In this document: piece by piece, positions 1-13,209 of the stretch
Position numbering within the stretch: position 1 is the first letter of the stretch
Layout: every line of letters begins with the position of its first letter
Assembly (NCBI GenBank): GCA_043228905.1
Contig: JBHGNT010000014.1
Coordinates: 6,882,001-6,946,000 of the forward strand
DNA: 64,000 nt
DNA from: Azolla caroliniana
Taxonomy: Eukaryota > Plantae > Polypodiophyta
Reading direction: 5' to 3'
Made by a program: the position numbers and the translations under genes
Notes under the pieces: model-generated
The model's input: only the letters and a program-made list of their open reading frames with translations
Database searches by the model: none
Told to the model about the DNA's origin: nothing

Positions 1-887
1 AGTGAGTTTACAGAGGCAATGACCTCGTGCTCACAATCTTCGCCACAGGCGGCGGTTACAACAGAGGCAACAACCTCTTTCTCTCTCTCTCTCTCTCTGT
101 ACACAGTTACGCGCTCTCTCTCTTTCCTTGCACCAACAAGGATGACAACAACAGTAAATAAAAGTTTGCCCTAAGTCATATTTATACTAATATGACTTTT
201 CGGCTATTTACAAATATAGCCTCGATGGACTCTCAGAAAAATATTTACGAATATGTCTCTTCATCCGGTTTCGGCATTCCTCACCGGGTCTGCGCCATCC
301 AGCTCTCCGTAGCCGGGTACTCCTCATCCGGTTCTCACCGGGTCTGCACCATCCGGCTCTCCGTAGCCGGGTACTCTTCATCCGGTTCTCACCGGGTCTA
401 CGTCATCCGGCTCTCCGTAGCCGGGTACTCCTCATCCGGTTCTCACCGGGTCTGCGTCATCCGGCTCTCCGTAACCGGGTACTCCTCATCCGGTTCTCAC
501 CGGGTCTGCACCATCCGGCTCTCCGTAGCCGGGTACTCCTCATCCGGTTCTCACCGGGTCTGCACCATCCGGCTCTCCGTAGCCGGGTACTCCTCATCCG
601 GTTCTCACCGGGTCTGCACCATCCGGCTCTCCGTAGCCGGGTACTCCTCATCCGGTTCTCACCGGGTCTGCACCATCCGGCTCTCTGTAGCCGGGTACTC
701 CTCATCCGGTTCTCACCGGGTCTGCACCATCGGGCTCTCCGTAGCCGGGTACTCCTCATCCGGTTCTCACCGGGTCTGCACCATCCGGCTCTCCGTAGCC
801 GGGTACTCCTCATCCGGTTCTCACCGGGTCTGCACCATCCGGCTCTGTTCTTCTCCCTTCCCATCCGGAGGGACCTGTCTCCCAACA
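1..887 (-). mobile_element. LTR of copia family A (Tnt1/Tork-like), cut by window start
   Basis: Reverse complement of the LTRs at 16126-16858 and 20930-21609. Starts TGTTGGGAGACAGGTCCCTCCGGATGGG at 887 on the minus strand. No PPT next to it, so it is a 5' or solo LTR. Confidence 0.9.
281..846. repeat. 54-bp tandem repeat, about 10.5 copies, inside LTR U3
   Basis: Unit TCACCGGGTCTGCACCATCCGGCTCTCCGTAGCCGGGTACTCCTCATCCGGTTC recurs every 54 nt from 281 to 821; ORF 192..947 shows the 18-aa periodicity. Confidence 0.97.
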
Positions 888-1077
888 GATTTGCACCTGG
901 GAGAAACCACCATCCTTCTTCTACCTGCAATCTATGCTGATGATTGAAGAAAACCATGCGAGTGGGTTGAGGACCACTCAATCGGATAGCCGGATGCTGT
1001 ACATGCAGGCGGATCGGCCCCGTGGGTGTGGAAGGCGAGGTGGTTCAGCACGCAATAGCGGTGACCGGCAAGATTAG
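888..1077 (+). pseudogene. copia gag fragment (G/B-like)
   Basis: Translates to EKPPSFFYLQSMLMIEENH...RMLYMQADRPRGCGRRGG, matching the gag of the B and G elements in this window. Confidence 0.75.
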
Positions 1078-1628
1078 TGTTGAGAAATCGGTCCCTCCGG
1101 ATGGGATCCGGTTGTGAATGAAGAGATCCAGAAACAAGATCGGATGGACCCGGTTAGAGCCAGAAGAGAAGACAACTTTGTAAATATGTCTTGAGTAAGC
1201 CTGTTGAGGCTACATTTGTAAATAGCCCTAAGTTCATATAAGTATAAATATGACTTAGGGCAATCGCTTTAAGTGTAAGAGAGAGTTGTATGTTGTAGTT
1301 GTTCATATCATTGTAATTGTTGTATAGAGAGAGAGTGATAGAGAGGAAGAGAGCGTGAGATACAGAGAAATACTTTGTTGTAACCGCCGGTTGGCGAAGA
1401 TACAAAGTTCGAGGTCATTGCCTCAGAGGTTCTGATTGTACCTGTCTCGTATAGTGATAGTTGGAGTCCGTGGGCTCCCATGGTTTTTCCCTATTTGGGT
1501 TTTCCACGTAAACATCTTGTGCATTTCCTTTGTGTACTCTCTACTTCCCATTTCTGTGTTTGATTCTCATTGAAGTGATTCGGTACTTGATTGTGACTGA
1601 GCTATATTCCGCGCTATTCTCAACAAAC

Positions 1629-1640
1629 TGGTATTAGAGC
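1629..1640 (+). promoter_or_regulatory. PBS for tRNA-iMet (TGGTATTAGAGC)
   Basis: One mismatch to the canonical TGGTATCAGAGC, 3 nt after the LTR end. Confidence 0.9.
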
Positions 1641-1654
1641 GAACAACACAAGAA

Positions 1655-4413
1655 ATGGAAGAAGTGAACATAGCATCCAACACTGCCTGTGAGTTGTGGC
1701 ACAAAAGATTGTGTCACATGAGTGAGAAGGGGATGAAGAGGTTTGCCAAAGACAACCTCATTTCGGTGAAGGACGTGCAACTTCAAAAGTGCACCGATTT
1801 CTTGGCCAGCAAGAAAACCCGAACCTCCTTCCAGTCAAGGCTACCGATGAGACGGAATGCACCATTGGAGCTGGTGCATATCGATGTGCGTCAAGTGGAC
1901 ACGAAGTCAAATGCCGGAGCGCAGTACTTTGCGATGTTCATAGATGACCACAGCTGGAAGTTATGAGTCTCACCACTGAAGATGAAGGATCAAGTGTTAT
2001 CCGTCTTCAAGGAGCTCCACGTGAGAGTGGAAAGAGAAACCGGCCGGAAGCTAAAGGCGGTTCGAGCGGACAATGGAGGAGAATACCGGGGGCAGTTTGA
2101 GGAGTATTGCCGGTCGAAGGGAATATGGCTCAAATTTACCGTGTCGAAGATGCCGGAACTAAACGGGTTGGCTAAATGAATGAACTGGATCGTGATGGAG
2201 AGAGTCCGGAGCATGCGCACACATGTCAAGTTACCCAAGACGTTTTGGGCTGAGGTGTTGACGACGGCGACCTATGTGATAAACAAATCACCCTCAGTCC
2301 CCTTGGGAGGAGACTCACCTCAGAAAGTATGGACTAGTAAAGATGTGTCTTACTGGCATCTGAAGGTGATCGGGTGTCTCACATATGTGCATGTGGCGAA
2401 GGACAAGAGAGCAAAGTTGGATCCGAAGTCCCGGCCATGCATATTCCTTGGATACGGTGATGATGAGTTCAGTTACCGGGTGTGGGATTTGGTTTTCAAG
2501 ACGGTGTTCCAGAGTCGAGACATAGTCTTCATGGATGACAGGACCATTGCCGACTGGGAGTTGGAGAAGAAGATGATGAACTCCAGATTATCCAATGAAG
2601 ACCGGCTTGAGGACACAAGGATATACCCGGTTGAAAGCCGGATGCTAGCTGGTAACCGGATGACACTCGACGAACCGACCAGATACGGACAAGAAACCGA
2701 ACCGACCGAAGAAGAAGAAGAAGAAGAAGAAGAAGAAGACATCAGAACTAGACAAGATCCCGAATCATATTCGGATTCGGAGCAGACGGAGGAACCGGTA
2801 GTCAGAAACCAGGGACAGAGATATCCTCTTCGGGAGAGAAGAGCCCCCCAGAGATTTCCGGATGCAAAGCATGTTTTGCTAACCGATGAGGGGGAGCTAG
2901 AAAGCTTCGAAGATGGATTCCCTGCATGAGAACCACATGTATGAACTGACAGAGATTCCGAAAGGGAAGAGTGCACTCTGGAACAAGTGGTTGTACAAGC
3001 TGAAACCGGGAGACACCGGAAATCCACCAAGGTACAAAACCCGGATCGTGGTGAAGGGCTTCCAACAGAAGAAAGGAGTGGACTTCGGTGAGATCTTTGC
3101 CCCGGTAGTAAAGATGACATCCATCCAAACGGTATTGGGCATAATGACAAGCATGGACCTCGAGGTAGAGAAACTAGACGTGAAGATGGCATTCCTCCAT
3201 GGTGACCTTGAAGAGGAGATCTACATGCATCAACCAGAAGGATTTCAGAAGAAATAGAAGGAGCACTTGGTGTGCCGGTTGAAGAAGAGCTTATATGGAC
3301 TGAAGCAAGCTCCCCGGGAATGGTACCGGAAGTTCGACTCCTTCATGACCGACCAAGGGTACCACAAAACGCAAGCTAATCACTATGTGTTTGTGAAGAA
3401 ATTTGACGCAGGAGATTTCTTGATACTCCTCCTATATGTGGATGATATGCTAATCATCGGACAAGACCAGGTCAAGATACAGATGTTGAAGAAGGCTCTG
3501 AACCGGACCTTCTCAATGAAAGACTTGGGTCTAGCAAGACAGATATTGGGAATGCACATCATTCGGGACCGGTCAAAGAAGCTGTTGTGGTTGTCACAGG
3601 AGATGTACGTGACAAAGCTGCTTCAACGGTTCAACATGTCAAAGGCAAAACCGGTCTGATTGACACTTCTGGCAAATTGCAAGCTATCCGGAAAACAAAG
3701 CCCGAGGACAAAGGCGGAGAAGACGGATATGATGAAGATACCATATGTGTCTGCCGTCAGGAGCTTGATGTATGCAATGGTATGTACCCGGCCGTATATC
3801 GAATATGCAGTCGGAGGGGTGAGCCGGTTCATGAGCAATTCCGGCAAAGAGCATTGGAACGCAGTCAAGTGGATACTCCGGTATGTGAAAGGCACTTCGA
3901 GTATATGCCTTCGGTTCGGCTCCGGTAATCCCCAGCTTGATGGATTCAGGGATTCGGATATGTCGGCTGATGCAGATACCAACCGGTCTACATCCAGATA
4001 TGTCATGACTTATGCAAGGGGAGCTGTATCATTGCAGTCGAGGCTGCAGAAGACGGTTGCGATGTCAACCACGGAGGCGGAGTACATGGCAGCTGTAGAA
4101 GCCGACAAGGAGATAATCTGGATGAAGGAATTCATCGGAGAGCTAGGGATCCAACAGGAGGAATACTAGCTCTACTATGGCAATCAAAAGTTCCATCCAC
4201 CTTGCAATGAATGCGGCCTACCATTCCCGGACGAAACATATCCAGCAAAGGTACCACTGGATCCGGGAGAGAGTAGAAGATCAAGAGTTCATGCTGACGA
4301 AGATCTACATGGAGGAGAACGGGTTGGATATGCTGACCAAGGTGTTGACAACCGACAAGTTGGACACGTGCTGAAAGAAGATCGGGCTGACAAGACATCC
4401 CATGCTGGAGTGA
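1655..4413 (+). pseudogene. copia pol (GAG-pre-integrase, integrase, RT, RNase H) with stops and frameshifts
   Basis: Motifs LWHKRLCH, ADNGGEY, YVDDML, DSDMSAD, RTKHI spread over several ORF fragments. Confidence 0.92.
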
Positions 4414-4804
4414 AGGGGGAGATTGTTGGGAAATTGGTCCCTCCGGATGGGATCCGGCTGTGAATGAATAGATCCGGAAATAGGATCGGATGGGCCCGGT
4501 GAGAACCGGAAGAGACCCGGTGAGAACCGGAAGAGAAGATAGATTTGTAAATATGTCTTGAGTAAGCCTATTGAGGCTGCATTTGTAAATAGCCCTAAGT
4601 TCATATAAGTATAAATATGACTTAGGGAAATCACTTTGTGTAAGACAGAGTTGTATGTTGTAGTTCATATCGTTGATAAATGTGGAGGATGACGAGATGG
4701 TGCAAATATGTCTCGGCGGCCTTGCACCACGATTCGGCGCAATGCGGACCATCGTACTAGCACGGGAAAATCCACCCTCCTTCTTCAATCTTCAATCCAT
4801 GTTG

Positions 4805-5358
4805 TGATGGGAATATGTCCCTCCAGTGGGAGGATGATCCGACTGTTCGGAAAGACGACAGTCGAAGAATCGAAAAACAGGAGCCAAGTTGATGAGGGAC
4901 TCAGCCGAGGCCGAAACCGGAATCGTGTAAATAGCCAACTCGGGAGACTTTAGCAGGTGCGCCCCATGAGGGCTACGTATGTATATATGTACAAACTTTA
5001 GCAGGTGTGCAACTGAGTATAGAAGTTGTTGTGTGCGGCATAGCGTGATGTGGGATAGAGAGAGAGAGAGAGAGAGAGAGAAGAACCGTGAGCCGCACCA
5101 TAGGTGTGTTTGTAATAGCAGATGCGAAGAACCCTGTGCGGCTGATGCACTCGTGAGAGAGTGTTGTAATCTTCTCGCTATTGTATATCCACTTTTGTAT
5201 AGTGAAGGATTTGTTCCCGTTGTTTTCCCTGTTTTAGGGTTTCCACGTAAATCTCTGTGCACCATTGTTTATCTTGTCTATTATGTTATTCGAGTGTGAT
5301 TCGTATTTCAGTGTTGTCTGTCTATTGTGATTTAAATTCTGCGACGAGTTTCTCAACA
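4805..5358 (+). mobile_element. solo LTR (A-related) with 5-bp TSD TGTTG
   Basis: TGATGGG...CTCAACA flanked by TGTTG at 4800-4804 and 5359-5363. Removing it restores gag QSMLLVEENH. Confidence 0.92.
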
Positions 5359-5363
5359 TGTTG

Positions 5364-8300
5364 TTGGTCGAAGAAAACCATGTTCGAATGAGGAGCAACG
5401 CCTCGGAAGGCCACATGCTCTATATGCATTCGGACGGAGGAAGAGGACACGGCCAAGGACGAGGCGGACAAGGCCCGACTTACAAAAACAACTCACAATT
5501 TCGACATCAAGACACAAGCCATCGGGGAACCTTCGGAAGAAGGGGGAGCTTCCATTCCGGTCCAAACCAACAAAGCTCGATCGGATGCGGATATTGTGGA
5601 AAAATCGGTCACCATGAAGAAGAATGCCGTAAGAAGATACGCGAGTCGGCTTCCACTAGCTGACAACTCACCAACAACGCCATCAACTCCGACTATGACG
5701 ATCGTGGCGGAATGTTCGTGATGAGACATAGAGCGAATTCTATGTCGGCCTCTACTTCTACTAATGCCTCTGGTCCGGAAGACGTATGGTTCATCGATTC
5801 TAGTGCCTCGAACCATATGACGTCACATCAAGAATGGTTCCGAGAACTTCGAGAGCCGAACCGACCCACCTATGTCGAAACCGGAGACGAAACTACACAC
5901 TCGATTCGGCACATCGGCAATGTTCTGTTCGGAGAAGAAGGTAAGCAAACTTATATTAAAAATTTCTTGCATGTACCAACTATCACGAAGAATTTAGTCT
6001 CCTTCAACCAAATTGTAGAGCAAGGAATGCAAGTATGATTTAATCAAGGCGGTTGCTTCACTGAAAAAGAGGGCCGACTCATCGCTCGTGGACGAAGAGA
6101 GGGGCGAATGTTCATTCTCGACACACACGAGATGAAATCGGCCATGTTTGCAAAGGGCATGAAATTCGATTCCAACATAGAGTTATGGCACAAGCGGATT
6201 GGCCATATCAACTTCCAAAAGCTCAAGGCAATGCAATTGAAAGGAGTCGTCATCGGGCTCCCGACATTCACGGAGAAAGAGATTGAAGGCGTGTGTGCCG
6301 CTTGCCAATTCGACAAGCAACATTGGCACCCATTTCCGAAGGAGCGGAATGTGAGCAAAGGCATACTTGACGTAATTCATTCTGATGTATGGGGTCCGGC
6401 TCAGACGGCGACACTCGGCGGATGCCGATATTATGTAACCTTCATCAACGACTTCTCTAGGCACACTTGGATCTACCCAATGCGGCAAAAGAGCGATGTG
6501 TTCGGACACTTCCAAAAATTCAAGAGTGGAGTCGAAAAAGCTACGAATCAACACGTACGGTGCCTTCGATCGGATGGAGGCAAGGAATATTTCTCGGATG
6601 AGTTTACGACGTATCTATGGAAAGAAGGAATGCGGCGAGAGTTTTCTGGTCAAGATACGCCACAACAAAACGGAGTGGCTGAACGAAAGAATCGACACAT
6701 CCTCGGAGTAGCCCGGGCCATGATGAACGAAAAGCACGTGCCGAAGTCGTACTGGGCAGAAGTGGCTAACACGCCCGTATACCTCATGAATCGGTGTAGG
6801 ACAACCGGCGTGCATGAACTCATGCCGCACAAGAAGTTTTTCGGAAAGAAGCCGGACCTATCGCATGTCCGGATATTCGGCTCCATTGCATATGTGCACA
6901 TACCTGATGAAAAGCGACAAAGTTCGACCCAAAGTCAGAGAAATGTATCCTCATAGGATACTCATTGGAGCAAAAGGGGTACAAGTGCTACAATCCCTCA
7001 ACTCAAAAATCTCGAGTAAGTCGACACGTCGTTTTCGATGAGTCCGCATCCTGGTACGCACCAGAGATAACTTCGACTCTAATTCCCCTCGACCTGGAAT
7101 ACCCCGAAATAGAGATAGAAGCCGAAGATCGACTCACGCGCATGTTCAAAGAAAGCCCAATTACGACAAGGCTTAGTGGGCCACAAGAGCCCCTGCACGA
7201 TCAAAGCACATCTTGATCAAGTCCGAAGTTGGACAAAGGGAAGGCGAAAATGCTGGAGTATGAAGACGATCATTTCAACGGAAACGAATCAACTCACTCC
7301 CTCAATAGTGAGTTCGAAGGCCTTGAGATCCGGACGAATGGAGCGGAGAAAGCCATAGTATCCGCAAACGAGAAGCTCCGCCGATCCACCCATGAAAAAA
7401 ACCCCGTAAGCCGATTCGGCTATGATGAGTACATGGCATACCATTACGCATTTATGATGAAGGTCGCAATAGTAGGGGAACCGGAAACCTTTTCCGAATC
7501 CGCGAAAGACCTGCGATGTATCCAAGCAATGAACGAGGAGATGCGTGCACTACGCAAGAACGACACATGGGATCTTGTTCCCCACTCACTGCACAGGAAG
7601 GCGATCGGATGTAGATGGATCTACAAGGTGAAGTATAATGCCGACAGCTCCATCAACCGCCACAAAGCTCGACTCGTACTGAAAGGGTACACACAAACAC
7701 ATGGCGTCGACTACGAAGAAACATTTTCCTCGGTGGCAAAGATGACGACTGTGCGGACCGTAATTGCACTCGCAACAGCTAAAGGGTGGCACCTCCATCA
7801 AATGGACATCAAGAATGCCTTTCTTCAAGGCGAATTAGATGAGGAGGTCTACATGGTACAACCACCCGGCCTCGAATCACGTATTCATCCAAAAGCTGTA
7901 TGCCAACTCAAGAAGCCTCTCTACAGCCTCAAGCAAGCACCATGTGCTTGGCATTCGAAGATTACACATTACCTTCATCAAATTGGCTTCTGAATGTCGA
8001 AATCCGATAACTCCCTCTACGTACGACATGACTCTAGAAGCCTATTTGTCATCATCCTATACGTGGATGATCTGGTCATTGGAGGTGAAAGTCTAGTCGA
8101 CATCAACAAGGTCAAGTCCCTCCGCTCCGGAAAATTCAAGATGACGGACATGAAGGAGCTCCATTACTTCCTTGGCATCGAAGTAATTCGGATTCCGGCC
8201 GGCATTATGATCTCTCAAGGGTAAACTGACGTGAACTGGGCAGGCTACAAAGCTGATCGATGATCGACCTCCGGATTTGTCTTCTCGCTCGGTTGCGGAT

Positions 8301-8712
8301 CAATATCTTGGAGTAGTAGGAAGTAGCCTAAAGTCGCACTTTCGAGTACGGAGGCCGAATACAGGGGCGCAACCATAACTGCATGTGAAGCCATATGGCT
8401 CAAGAGGATTTTGAAGGATCTGGGCGTCCCTATCAAGGATCCGACTTCCATTTACTGCAACAATATGAGTAGTATATATTTGGCTCGGAACCCGGTGTTC
8501 CACGCGCGCACAAAGCACATCGAAGTACACTATAAATTCATTTGAGAGCGCGTACAGGCCGGAGATGTCGACCTTCAACACATCAACATGAATCTTTAGA
8601 CGGCCGACATCTTCACCAAAGCCTTAGGAGCCGACAAGCTTCAGCAATTCATGTCAGACCTTGGATTGACGATCCCTGACTTGCCAAGCTTGACGGCGAG
8701 TACAAGTGAGAA
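5364..8712 (+). pseudogene. copia B1 gag-pol remnant (zinc knuckle, PR, INT, RT, RH)
   Basis: CGYCGKIGHHEEEC, WFIDSSASNHM, SDGGKEY, LYVDDL. Several stops, and an RT deletion near 8220. Confidence 0.9.
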
Positions 8713-9446
8713 CCGGTGTCGCAAAGTTTCGCGTTGTCGCGTTGTTACGCGCGTGCGTGGAGAACAAGGCGGGACCACTGGGGTCTTGGACCGAGGAATA
8801 GGTGAGGAAAGAGAGAGAGAGATAGAGAGAGAGAGAGGCTCACTCACGTATAGACAAAGAAGCGCACAGGGACGCGAGTTGAGAACACTAGAGTATGTAT
8901 GTAAATATAGGCATGTATTTGTATGTATGCAGACGACTCGAACGGTTACAGCCGATCAGGTCGGCGAGGTGGATACCAACGCCTGATCACCCACGCACAC
9001 AGGAAAGCAAGATGGAGATTCTGCCGGAAGCAAGATGGAGATTCTGCTGGAAGTACATGGGCGTTCCACGGAGCAGAATCAGCCTCCTCAGAACCTGCGC
9101 AAAAGAAAGCTATGGAGAACGACAGAGAAGAAGAGCTCGGTCCCAGTCCGACAACACTTCGTTCCTTCTAGCGCGCGATATCCTCTCTCCCCCGTCTCCC
9201 TCTCCTTTCGGACAGAGATACTCCTCGATTTCCCTTATAGAATATTGCTACCTAGGATTTAACCTTTGTGCCTACCTATCTACTATACGACAAGGGACAT
9301 GCCCACGTGTAAGGGTCGGTTCACACACACTATACACGGTTTGCGCCTGGGGATGGTTTTCTTCATGACATCCGGCCCCACCTAACCGCGCATCCACCAG
9401 TATGCGCCAAAATTAGGTTCCTACGGGAGAAAACCAATCCTTGCTT

Positions 9447-12400
9447 TTATTCCTCGTTTACCGGTTCATCCTCCGCCTCGGGCTGCTCGTCGTCGTTGTC
9501 CATGCCCCCTAGCTCTGGCTCCCCATCGTGCCGTTTCTTGAACGCTTTGATCCTCCTCCCTACTACCGGTATTGCCATTCTCGTACCGTCGAGCTCCGTG
9601 AGATGGTACATCCCATTGCCGTTGGGGCTTGTTACTACGTAAGGCCCGAACTACCTCCTCGCAAACTTCCGCGTGGCCCTATGCTGATTGTCGAGGCTGC
9701 TGTCGTAGACTAGCACCCAGTCTCCTTCCTCGATCTTCATTGGCCGGAGCCGGTGTGTTCGGTCGAACCGGGCTTTGTTCCTTATCCTCGCTACCCGAAG
9801 TTTCTCCGCAGCACGCTCTACGTCCTCCGGCCTCTACTCGAGCTGTCGAATCCGCGCCGCCAACAGTTCCTCCCGGCTCATCTCATCCCTCCAGTCCACC
9901 GTGGCCCACGAGGAGATCGTTCGCTCTGTTGGCATGATCTGCTTTTGTCCGAACATCAACTCGGCTGGCATGAACCCGGTTACCAAACTGTGCATAGTCC
10001 GGTCCGCCCACAAGGCATAAGGTAGCAGTCGTGGCCAGTCCCCGACTCGGCCTCCGCACACCCGTACTAGCGCTTTGACAATTGGCCCGTGTCCGCGCTC
10101 CACCTTCCCGTTCGCCTCCGGATTGTACGCTGAGGTGAGCGAAAGTTTGACTCCTAGCCGGTCGAACAGCTCTTCGGCCTCTTCTGCGTCCAAGTCACCA
10201 CGGTCAGCCACGATCTTCCCTACGCACCCGTATCGGCATACCACGTCCTCAATCAAAAACCGGCATACGGTTGCAGTCGTCTTGTTCTATAGGGCTTGGC
10301 CTTCAACCTGGTTTGTTAGATCCTCCCGAGCCAACACCAGATACCGCATCTGTCCTACCCCCATTGGCATCGTCACCAAATCCACCATCCATTTGAAGTG
10401 GACGGTCGGAGGGTAGGTCGGGTGGAGCTCGTCCCGGTGTCGGATCATGGAGTGGACCTGGCAGCTTTCGCAAGTCGTTACGAACCGATGCACGTCCCGG
10501 TATAGTCCCGGCCACCAGTACTTCCCCTTTAGCTTTTCGAACGTGGCCCACGTTCCACGGTGTCCAGCCCAAGGACTATCGTGGTACGCCGCCAGCAAAT
10601 CCTCCTGTTCCTCCTTCTTCGCCACCACTCGGACCGGGATGCCGTTCCTCTTCTTTGGGTGCTTCCATATGTATCCGTCCCAGAGAAAGAATCGGTAGGC
10701 TTTCTTCCGAATCCGGTTGGCCTCGTCCGTTGTCCATGCTGCGTCCGGTGTCATTGTTTTCAGGAACCCGCCGATCTGCAACCACTCCCCGTCGTACTTG
10801 CTCTCGTCGAAATCGTTAAGCGTTGGAGAGCATTCCCTGCCGGTTGTTACGTAAGCCGCCTCGAAGAAGTCCACGCCGACTTCCTCGTCCTCTGAAACGA
10901 TGCCGCCGTCGTTTTCGAACCTCGCCCTTGAAAGCATGTCGGCCATGGCGTTGTCTTTCCCGGAAATGTGTCGTATTTCCGGGTTCAGGGACTTGATGTA
11001 CGCTATCCACCTGAGCATTGCCAGGTCCGGCGTCACGCATCCGGAAACCATACCAAGGATCGGCAAGCAGTCCATCTCGATAATTGCCTCTGTCCTGATC
11101 AGGTAGTCTTTATCGGCCTTTACTGCCGAAACGATACCCCAGAGCTCGCGTTTAACCTGGGCATATCCTCGCTGTCGCTCGCTGAGGACCTTCGTGTCGA
11201 ACCGGATCGGGGAACGCATGCCGTCCTCGTCCTCTTGGTTGATGACCCATCCGATCCCAGTCGGACTCGTGTCTACCGTTACGTAAATTGGAGTGCTCTT
11301 TCCGTAGACAGCCTTTCGGAGCGCCGGAGCTGCGGCAAGTGCTTCCTTCATCTTCCGGACAGACTCCGTATGCTCATCTCTCCACTCGAATTTTCGCCCC
11401 TTTTTCAGCAACCCGTATAATGGCTCCGCGACGTGAGCGTAATGCGGGATCCATATGTGGTAGAACGAGCACGCTCCCAAGAACCTCCGAACCTCCGTGA
11501 TTGAGCTACAATCGTTCTTCATCGCGGAGATGGCTTCTACCTTAGCCGGAGACGGTTTCCGGCCGTACGGCCCGCATAGGTGTCTGACGACCATGATCTC
11601 TGGTTGCCCGAAGGCCGATTTTCCCTCGGAGAAGGTGAGCCTTGCGCCCTCCAACCTCTGCAGCACCTTCTCGCAGTCATTGATGTGCGTCGCCACGAAT
11701 TTCCGGCACCCGTCCGGTCCGATCGTCTCGTTCCTTTCCTCCACCGGGCATCCCTTGATCGGGACGTCGTCCAGAAATGGCATGGTGATGTCCGGGATAC
11801 AATCCCTCAGCACCTTGTTCATTGCGTTCACCATGTGAGCCACCGAGTTCGTCCCTCCTTGTGGTAGGGTACACATCCGTACTAGGCCGAGAGGAGTTCG
11901 CATTGTCGTGATGTCTCTGCTCTCTATGGCTAGCTGGAACTGATCGTACCCCGAGTAGAGATCACCGACCGAGTAAATCGACCTTCCGGCCAAGGCCTCC
12001 GCGAACTCGTCTATTGTCGGTCCGATTCTTGTGTTTCGAATGGTCACCTTGTTGACCGGCTGTAGGTCTTGAATAAAGTGCAGCGTGCCGTCCTTCTTCG
12101 GCACGGTAAACCACTGATTCGAGTATGGGGCACTCGACGGTTCGAGGATTCCCATCTCGACCTTCTGCTTTAACAACATACATCTTTGCACGAACGGGGG
12201 ACGTCGATCTTGAGGGCCGCCACTCTCTCTCCTAGCTTGCGCTATTTGGAGATCTCGCACCATCTTTGTGAGCTCATCTATTGCCGACCCTCCCGACGGT
12301 GCTTCAACCACGTTTCTCTCGGGGACGAACCTTGCATTTGCTTGCTCTCTTTCTTGAGGTATTCTACCACCCCTGGGTTCATATGTCTCACTAATGGAGC

Positions 12401-13070
12401 TTGTGGATGTTTGGCCGCTCAACAGAGACCCGTCATTCCATTCCCGTCTCTTATCGAAGCGGCTACAAACCCATTTTACCATAGCCTAATCCTTCGTGAG
12501 CCCATCATCAGTTTCGAGGAGGTACCCCACCTTCTCTCGGTCTCGTGCATCAACAGTCTTTATGAATAGTAGGACCTTGCTTGTGTCAAGCACCATCCTA
12601 TCGAGCGTTGAGAGTCGCGCAAAGCGCTTCTCAAATTCTTGGAAAAGTACAATAGTATTTCTCCCTTTGCCGGGAACCTCAACCAACTCCATTAGATCCC
12701 TTTTCGAATTTCTCAGTGAGTCATCAAGGCCATACTTCTCGAGGAGTCTTTCTTCAAACTCCACCCAATTGCAACAATCCGCTTGGATCTCGAGTACCTC
12801 CGCGTGGATACTCGGCATTACCACTCTAGCGAATCCGGTTAGCCACCTATCTTCGGGGACGTTTCGCATAAGCATTTCGGCCTTATTGGCATCCAAGTAG
12901 CTCGTGATATCTCTTCCATTGAACCGACCCGTAGTGCTGACCACTGTCTCTATGGCCCGGTCTAGGCCGGTGATGCCTTCTCGGGCATTTACCAAGCGGT
13001 CCACCGCCGCCGTCATCACTTCAGCGAGTTCTCCTCCTCGCATCTTGGTTCTCCCTTGCCTCCCTTTCAC
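9447..13070 (-). pseudogene. gypsy gag fused by deletion to RT-RH-INT
   Basis: ORFs 12486..13070, 10287..12482 and 9834..10256 align with C2 gag and pol (LPQGGTNS, FLDD, VDTSP, HDSPWAGH). Confidence 0.9.
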
Positions 13071-13083
13071 GTCGGGTTCACCA
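13066..13083 (-). promoter_or_regulatory. PBS for tRNA-Trp (TGGTGAACCCGACGTGAA)
   Basis: Identical to the C2 PBS. Complementary to the plant tRNA-Trp(CCA) 3' end as I recall it. Confidence 0.8.
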
Positions 13084-13209
13084 ATTTATGTCGCGAAGTT
13101 TCGCGTGCGTGTGTTACTTGGGTGGGACCACGGGGGTCTTGGACTTGGGAGTACTCAAGGGATAAATATTTATTTATTTATTTATTTTAAATCTTATAAA
13201 TATAAAGCA

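Larger units (their letters stand above)
1078..4675 (+). mobile_element. copia A1, internally deleted (no gag/PR), 3' LTR truncated
   Basis: 5' LTR TGTTGAG..CTCAACA (1078-1625), PBS, then INT-RT-RH, PPT GAAGGGGGAG, and a 3' LTR from 4424 that breaks off at about 4675. Confidence 0.9.

Noticed and set aside
281-846. CRISPR-like array
   Set aside because: Units are contiguous with no unique spacers, there are no cas genes, and it lies inside a eukaryotic LTR.
192-981. ORFs 192..947 and 457..981 as repeat proteins
   Set aside because: Open frames are a by-product of a stop-free 54-bp (3n) tandem unit in an LTR.
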